Made by a program: the position numbers and the translations under genes. The notes below the pieces were generated by a model, which searched no databases, was not told the DNA's origin, and saw only the letters and a list, made by a program, of their open reading frames with translations. Positions 55,347 to 64,000 of a DNA stretch of 64,000 nt are shown here, piece after piece. Position 1 is the first letter of the stretch; every line of letters starts with the position of its first letter. This DNA is from the human T2T-CHM13v2.0 reference genome, Homo sapiens, in the NCBI RefSeq assembly GCF_009914755.1, contig NC_060947.1. The stretch is one strand, 5' to 3'.

Positions 55347-56188
55347 TAATTTTTTTTTTTTTTTAATAATTTGTTGTAAAGATCAGGTCTTACCTTGTTG
55401 CCCAGGCTGCTCTTGAAGTCCTGGCCTGAAGCAGTGCTCCCACCTCAGCCTCCCAAAGCTCTGGGATTATAGGCTTGAGCCACCGCATCCTAATATTTTA
55501 TATTTTTATGGATATAAAAAATAATTTGGTATCTTTCAGAGTTGTTTAATATCATTTTAAATTTAAAAACATAGGCAACTTAAACTCCTATAGGCTGTCT
55601 CCATCGGGTTTCTGTGGTTTAGGAGACCCCACCATCCCAGTGCATGCTGATAACGTCATACTGATCAGCATCCAGCTACCCACAGCAAGAATTGACCACC
55701 TCGTGGGATCTAAAATTTAAAGGGGGAAAAGTGAGTTGTGAATTGCTAATGTGCTGATAGCCCCATTTTGCTTGGGAATTAGAGGGCAGTTTTTGTGGTC
55801 CTTGGAATGTGGTTAAAATTCTTCTGCAAGTGGAAGCATATTTATATTACTAACAATTACTGGTACTAATATTCAAATATTGAAGGAAATTTCTGTTGTG
55901 GACTTATGTTTAAAGCTCTTAGAAGTTGAAATTATTGGAAAGAAGACTTGTTTTGAAAATCATAATGTTGCTGTATTGTGTTTAGAGAAATATTCCAAAC
56001 GGGAGTAGGCTGCTGTGCTGCATGCAGACTTTGCTGAAATGTTACTATATTGCCGTTATGTCCCACTCAGCAAAAACTGATGATTTTAAAGCTTTTGCTT
56101 CTTGAAACTAGAAAAAGAGGGGTCAGCCTTAACCAAAAGTTGATGGCAGAGTGGTCATTATTTCAGTTAAACATGAAAAGCATGTTAA

Positions 56189-56335
<147 letters not shown>

Positions 56336-57157
56336 TAGCACTGAAAGAGTGGGGTTAATTTATCTGTGTTTTTTTTTAATACTTTGTCTTTAACACTGTT
56401 TAAATTACTTTGAGAATTACAGCTGGAATGGACACGTGCTTTTGACTAACTCATCTTATTAATAATTCAAAATGATACATGATGCTTACATTTGGCTATT
56501 TGAGCAGTACTCAGAGCATGTATTTGAAAGTCACTGCCGCAAGTTCCTTTGCCCACTAGTAATTCTTTTCTCCTTCTCTCAATTTCTGAATCTTTGAATA
56601 GTATGTTGTTTGTTTACAACTGTGTCCCCATTGTAAGCAAAATGGATTATGAAAATTAATTTTACACAGGAAAGAAATCATGCTTTATTACAAAATAGTA
56701 TACTAGAATTTCTTTAAGTAGCAGTGAATCTTCTTGGTATATTTTTAAAAACCTACAAGCTTTAGTTTATACATATTGGTAAAATCTCTTTTTCACAGGT
56801 TATACCGTGAACTACCTGCTTATCTCCCGTTGAGCTCTTTGACCAAAATGTGCTATGGAGATCTAACATGTGAACAGAAATGTTGTGTTTGTGATTTCTT
56901 TCTCCATTAGAAATTGGTTTTGTATTTAAGGCGCTTACAGTGCCTCATATAGTTTGTGTGGTATCTTCTCTCCTTTGTATCCTTTCACATACTCCATTTT
57001 GAGCTGCTTCTCTTCTTTTTCTACAATAATAAGCATAATGCCTTACTATTAGTTAATAATAGTTGCCGTTCCATGAATATTTGTAGTATGAAGGATGTCG
57101 CTAAGTAGACATTTGTGCAGGTGAGGCAGAGTGGTTCTAGGTCCTGTCCTTCAGTTC

Positions 57158-57463
57158 TTTATTTATTTATTTATTTATTTTTTGAGATGGAGTCTCACTC
57201 TTGTCATCCAGGAGTGCAATGGCGCGATCTTGGCTCCCTGCAACCTCCGCCTCCCGGGTTCTAGCGATTCTTCTGCCTCAGCCTCCTGAGTAGCTGGGAT
57301 TACAGTCGCCCACCACCACGCCCAGATAATTTTTGTATTTTTAGTAGAGACGGGGTTTCACCATGTTGGTCAGGCTAGTCTCGAACTCCTGACCTCAGGT
57401 GATCCACTCGCCTCGGCCTCCCAAAGTGCTGGGATTACAGATGTGAGCCACCATGCCCAGCTG
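57158..57463 (-). mobile_element. Alu (AluSx-like) with (TTTA)n tail inside an L2 remnant
   Basis: GAGATGGAGTCTCACTC...CCTGACCTCAGGTGATCC; imperfect TSD GTCCTT(C/G)A(G/A)TTCTT. Confidence 0.92.
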
Positions 57464-58996
57464 GTCCTTGAATTCTTATTTGCTGCACTAGGTAGTAAAG
57501 GTGTAGCAAAAACAGGACAGAATCTTCTGCCTTTGATGAAATCACATTCCAGTAAGGATAGCTAATATGACAGATGTGAGTCTTAAAGAAAAAAAAAGGG
57601 AGAGGATGAAAGGTGATTTAGGGACAGGATTGCTGTTTCAGAGAGTAGTCAGGGAAGATCTCTCAATGTCCAGGCCTGTGTTTTTCTCTCTACAGTTTTA
57701 AAGTGGACATAGGATATAGTGTTATTTATTTTCCAAAAATGTAACCAATCTCTACTAGGTGTAAGCAGCTGGGCTTGGTTTTGCAAGGGATCTTAATAGG
57801 GAACAGAAACACTGTGTATGCTTAGCTGTCCACTTCCCCAGAAGACTGTAAGCTCTCTGAAGGCAAGACCCAGGTCTTTGGTCTGTATTAGGAGTACCCA
57901 GAATAGTGTTTGATGGAGGGATGAAAGGGACTTTTTCTCCCCAGCTTGGTCACTTGACAGATCGGGACCAATGAGATACCATTGCTAGGATGACCTCACT
58001 GTCTTACACACCGATTCGTTGAGGTAATTTCTCTGGCTAGAGTAGTTGAGAAAGATGGAAGCAAGAGGGAAAGGTATGTTAAGTTGTATTCAGTCACTGT
58101 ATTGTGTGATCATTAACTTTGGTTGTAAAAGGGAGACAAGTTCGAGCTTTTACTCTACTTGTCAGCCCTAGACTTTGTACCTCTCTTGGCCTCATGTCTT
58201 TATCCCCCTTGTCTTTCTTATTTCTCTTTTCTGCTTCTGAGTATCCCTGTCTCTCTGTCCATATATACTCTGTTGTCTCTTTTCCTATTAACCTTGATTT
58301 GCTAGGGTCTTCATGAAAGGTTCCATGCTGTACATCTTAAGTGAACTTTGAAGTGGTCATCAAAGAGATCAGTTAGAAGAACTGATCTGCAGTGTGTGAC
58401 AGACCAGGAAAGTGATATCCAGAGGATTGCCACCATGAAGTTGTCATTTTTAGTGGAGAGGAAGCAGGAGACCAGAAAGTGACCAAGGATCTGTCCATTT
58501 AGTTCCAGGAGATATGACTGCCAGAGTGGTATCCTTAGTGGGCTGAATGTTCAGTGGTCTTACTTTAGTGACCAAGCAACAAGACAGTAGGGCATGGTCA
58601 GTAACTTTCAGTCAATTTTTGCTTACTAGGATAAAGCAAAAATAAGCTTATACATTTTTAGATACATTTTTTGTAACTTGCTGAGTACCCAAGGAAAGTG
58701 TGCTTGTATTTATGGGCGTCTATTTTCAGAGCACTAATTATTGCTGAATTAGAACAGAAATATAGGAAAACTGATTTTTACAAGGAGCTTCAAAGCAATC
58801 TCAGGTAGTTTCTGATTATGTATCTCTGCCTACCTCGGGGTACATAGACAGGGTTACAATTTGGTTGAGGATATATGACATGTGGTTTTTAAAGACACCT
58901 AGGGGCATTTTAAGAAAATTTCCTCGATATCTGAAAATCTGTAGATTTCAAAATTATGTTAATCATGAAATATTCTGTGTTGTAATTTTTGTGTAG

Positions 58997-59116
<120 letters not shown>

Positions 59117-59315
59117 TAAACCCAGGTTGTACATTCCCGTGTGGATTTCTATTTTGAAGTAATATCTAATTTTGAGTAATTTAATTAAAATGTTTTCACT
59201 ATGTGTTCAGTATGTTTCTGTTGGTCATAAATTTTTTCACATAGATTATTTATTTTAAAATAACTGAATAGGGAGAACTTCTTATTCTTACTTTAAAAAT
59301 TGTGATTAGAAGTGA

Positions 59316-59483
<168 letters not shown>

Positions 59484-60156
59484 TAAGTTGATACACAAGA
59501 AATGCTGAGAACTTGGAAGTGATATGCAATTAGTTTAGAAGAATTTCTAGTAGTTTAAAATTTTTTAAACTACTAGAAATTGATTTTAAATTTGGTGGAC
59601 TTTGGCAAAAATGGTTTGGTTTGCAAGAGCAATGGAGAAAAAACTTATTTAACTTTTCCTACTTATAGAATCAAGGCAGCCTTGCGCTTGTTTAAACTTA
59701 CTTGGCTATACACGTGTCTGATGTACATAATGTACATTTGTTTTCTAAACTAACTTTGTTCATTCTAAGATTTAAAAACTGATCAAACAAATGTGATAAT
59801 TCTGTCATAAGTCACAAACTATAAACGATTTCTCCGTTTTTTTCTCTTTTACCTAAAATGTTTTCAGATAAATGTGTAATAAGTAGAGCCAAAGAAGCTT
59901 TAAAAAGTCATCTCATCTTACAATCCTTGATCTGGAATAATGCTTAAAGACTATAGAAGAGACGCATTTTTATTTTTTACAGATTTTATTAAGTGAATAC
60001 AGTACGTTTGATTTGGACATGTTGTTGAACATTAAATTGCAGTTCAGAATACATAGAAATCCTCCCTTTTCTAGAGATTGTGTATGTGTGTAAATTTTTG
60101 TGCCTTCTGGTTCATGTACGTTTCCTTCTCTCCCTCAAATCGTTTAGCAGTTTCTT

Positions 60157-60283
60157 ACCCCATTCTCCGTGATGTGCTTATTTCATATTGCATGCCTGTA
60201 TCAAAACATCTCATATGCCCCATAAATATATATACCTACTATGTACCCACAAAACTAAAAATTAAAAAAAAAGGAAAAAAAAA
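60157..60283 (+). mobile_element. Short L1MA-like 3'-end fragment in intron 5
   Basis: ACCCCATTCTCC.TGATGTG...GCATGCCTGTATCAAAACATCTCAT...GTACCCACAAAA plus A-rich tail. Confidence 0.88.
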
Positions 60284-60614
60284 GGCCTGCAACAAGAGAA
60301 GAAGAAAGAAATCAGATACCCTGTAGGTAGCTATCTCCAAAAGTTTTCAATAGTTGACTTAAGAAAACTACTGACTTGTATGTAACTGAAATCAGGAAAC
60401 CTGTAGTGTAGAGTGGTTCCCCTGAATATGTCTCTTTTGGTAATCTAAGCTGTATTTCAGAAATGTACAGAAAAGGAGCTAAGCTTCTAAATGGATATAG
60501 CATATTTTGCATAAATCAAATTTAATATGAATCCATGATTCTTGTATGTGTAAATCTGCCTGCATTTATTTATGTCAGTAGTTGGTAATTATTCATCTTA
60601 ATTTTTTTTTTTAA

Positions 60615-60770
<156 letters not shown>

Positions 60771-60802
60771 TGATAATAATGTTGTTAATTTAAATCATTT
60801 AG

Positions 60803-60934
<132 letters not shown>

Positions 60935-63099
60935 TAGCACTGCTTGTAAGGGTACCTAGGAACGATTAACTGTATCATTCCACAACTTGAATATGGGGAG
61001 CTTGTCATTTATTTACTGCTTCTTAACAATTCCTTAGGTTCTATAGTTGGAAAATTGTACAAAGCATAATCATACTAAAGTTTCCATGCCTGAGGTTTCA
61101 AAATTAAACAGCAGCTTATGTATATTAAGGGACTTCTGGTACTTTCACTTTTACTAGAAGTTTATCAAAGTTGCTAATAAAATGCGGCAATGCTTCTTCC
61201 ATATAACATGTTGTCATTAAAAATACTAGAGAATATTTAAATATCTAATCATATTCCTCTCATTATGTATGTTTATCTTTGTTTAAAAGGGTATAGAACT
61301 TCTTCATTCTAATTGGTTGTCATTCTTTAAAACTCCTGTCTTCAGATTCCCGCCAGAGGCTATTTCCCTAACTTACTATTTTGTCTCTTAAGGTGCATTT
61401 TATCTACTTTTATTAATCCTCCAATAATTTTCATCACCATACATTTGTTTTCATTGATAACTATCAAGTACGTCCATCCATTACTATAGAAACTAAGTGG
61501 ATCTTAGATGAATGTGCCAGCTCTACTATATTCCTGTCAAATTCCAGAGTTCGTCATCATTATTCATTAGAAGGAAAACACCACACATTTGAAATAGTAA
61601 AGAAAAAAAGGAGTTCCAAACTGCATTTTAGGAGAAAAGGTAGTCAAGACTGTGTTCTTATAAAAACCCTGTGAAATTTGCCACCTGTCAACTTGATGTA
61701 TGATGCTGAACTCTTAGCAGAAGGGGAAAAGTTTAATCTCCTTTTGCCACTTTGTTTTTTCTTAAGGCCATGGAGGTCTGTTTAATTGGTCTTTGCTCTC
61801 ATTCTTTCTTGATGTCCCTGTGTTCATGATTTTGTGGTTCCTTCAGTGATTCTCTCATAACTTTTAGCCCAGAGCTGCCTCCTTACTTTGATTGTGAGTA
61901 TTATGAAAATATACTCATATGCCTCTTAAACATCGAATTATTCTTAAATGATCTATCATACTTTTGGCTAACCATTTATCAGTGAATTATCAATGAAAAA
62001 GAACGAACCAGATTAATGAACCAGGACTCAAAAAACATGACTTCTTGAAAAGTCCTAGAATTATTTTATAGATTTTATTACTCTAGTCTAAAAAAAATGG
62101 GTATTGCACTTTTAAATTATTTATGCTAGTTGTATTCATTCATTCAAATTATCAGGTCTGTTGAACAATGAGAAACTAGTATGCATGCCTATCTTTCTTC
62201 ACTACTAATATTAAAGAGATTTACATGTTCCTATAAGAAATTCCCATTTTTCAACATGAGCCACTAATACGTTTGGTTTTCATTAATGGCATGCTAGAAC
62301 TGAACACTAAATTTTGATAATGGTATTTAAAGACAGTGGTTATCCACAAGTTTGGGATGTCAGTGTAACTTAGTTTCGTCATCACTGGATATTTACAAGT
62401 GCTCATCATAATTGTGGATCCAGATCACAAGGTCTTACGGACTCTGGTCTCATGTTAGCTTTCAGATGCTTACTAAGTTTTTAATTTTTGACATTTTTTG
62501 ATTATTCAGTTTAACTACTGTACCAACAATTTTTGATTCCTTAGGTTTTGAGGGAGGTGTCATTTTAATGTCATTTCAACAGAGGAATGTTTAGACCACA
62601 GTACCTAATGATGTTATAAAAAATGGCACTGTTTCCAGAAAATATATACTGATACCTTTTAATAAAAATGAAGCGAATAAAATTTTCTATAAAGATGATA
62701 TTTAAACATTTTTTTACCTAAATAAGTAACATTGAGTTTGTCAGACCGAGTGAGCTGGTTTTTACTGGGGAACATTTGACCTGCTTCTTAGTTATTATAT
62801 TGCTGATGTCATTGGTTAACTAAGGCAGCCTTGTGATAAGTTTTCAGCAGTTACCTTGGAAAATGTCAACAAGTTCTTTCCTATTAACAAAAACATATAA
62901 AATGTCATAGACCTTTAGTAACCTAAAAAGTACTTAGGCTGTGAGAGGTATTTTCTAAAACCTGTTAGTTTTAACCTAAAACTATTAATAATTTATGGAC
63001 CCCTCATATACAGGGTCAAGATAATTTACATGGCTGGCCTAAATACAGTTGTCGTAATAGTTGATAAAGTGTATTCATCAGACGTCCATTTCTCTTCAG

Positions 63100-63270
63100 A
63101 GTTCAAGGCAGCTTGCCTCGAGATTTCATGAACAGTTTATCGTAAGAGAAGATCTGATGGGTCTAGCTATTGGTACTCATGGTGCTAATATTCAGCAAGC
63201 TAGAAAAGTACCTGGGGTCACTGCTATTGATCTAGATGAAGATACCTGCACATTTCATATTTATGGAGAG
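63100..63270 (+). CDS. FMR1: FMRP exon 8, 171 nt (KH1 domain, GxxG loop)
   Basis: TTTCTCTTCAG|AGT...GAG|GTAAAT; [57 protein letters not shown]. Confidence 0.99.
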
Positions 63271-63359
63271 GTAAATATTTTACTGCATAGTTTTTTTTTC
63301 CCCAAACAAGTATTTCAGCTGGCTAATCTTTTGTCTTAAAATGTTTCCCCTTTTATTAG

Positions 63360-63464
<105 letters not shown>

Positions 63465-63579
63465 TAGTACAACAACTAAGTTTAGGTAAACAGTTTATTT
63501 ATAGTGATAGAATTCCATTTTTTCTTACTGGAGGGTATCATTTAATTGAAACATAGTCTTTGAAATATGATCTGTTCTT

Positions 63580-63794
63580 TTTTTTTATTATTTAAGTTTT
63601 AGGGTACATGTGCACAATGTGCAGGTTAGTTACATATGTATACACGTGACATGCTGGTGCGCTGCACCCACTAACTTGTCATCTAGCATTAGGTATATCT
63701 CCCAACGCTATCCCTCCCCCCTCCCCCCACCCCACAACAGTCCCCAGAGTGTGATGTTCCCCTTCCTGTGTCCATGTGTTCTCATTGTTCAATC
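63580..63794 (-). mobile_element. Young 5'-truncated L1 (L1PA2/3-like) 3' end in intron 9
   Basis: Minus strand TTGAACAATGAGAACACATGGACACAGGAAGGGG...TTAGTGGGTGCAGCGCACCAGC...CCCTAAAACTTA plus poly(A). 11-bp TSD GATCTGTTCTT at 63569-63579 and 63795-63805. Confidence 0.93.
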
Positions 63795-64000
63795 GATCTG
63801 TTCTTACAGCATACAAAAAAATATTTGTTAAGTATGATGCTCAAAGGTTACATTTTCAGAAGGTATTCAAAAGAGATTGCTTTTCTAGTTCAAACCTACT
63901 AATACCTGAAAGGATAAATCTTGCCCAGCCCTCCTGACTGTATACCTTTTATATCTTAAAATTAAATAATTTTTCAAAATGAATGATATTTGGGGACTTT

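Noticed and set aside
63061-63339. 92-aa ORF as a separate KH-domain gene
   Set aside because: It is FMR1 exon 8 plus flanking intron read in frame.

Overview
Human genomic DNA from Xq27.3: the fragile X locus. The window holds ~42 kb of almost wall-to-wall transposon-derived upstream sequence (two old L1MA-type LINEs in opposite orientation, a two-LTR MER4-group/ERV1 provirus with nested MaLR LTRs and Alus, an LTR12, further LTRs, L1MC, MER2, L2, MIR). It then holds the FMR1 CpG-island promoter, a normal-length CGG repeat ((CGG)10 AGG (CGG)9 AGG (CGG)9 = 30 triplets) and FMR1 exons 1-9 (+ strand, 880 coding nt, all GT-AG, frame intact). The gene runs off the right edge in intron 9. Classic landmarks are visible: FRAXAC1, FRAXAC2, the 5.2-kb EcoRI fragment, the RAN-translation starts, the intron-1 pseudo-exon acceptor and the antisense polyproline frame. 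This is an intensively studied locus and I see no wholly new gene system. The most promising under-described items are (i) alternative C-termini for the RAN product FMRpolyG predicted from intron-1 pseudo-exon splicing or read-through, (ii) a 185-bp locally templated insertion 3.3 kb upstream of the promoter, (iii) an Alu-stub-associated ~2.9-kb deletion in an L1 and (iv) a triplicated Alu target site. Repeat subfamily names come from recalled consensus motifs, not from a database search.
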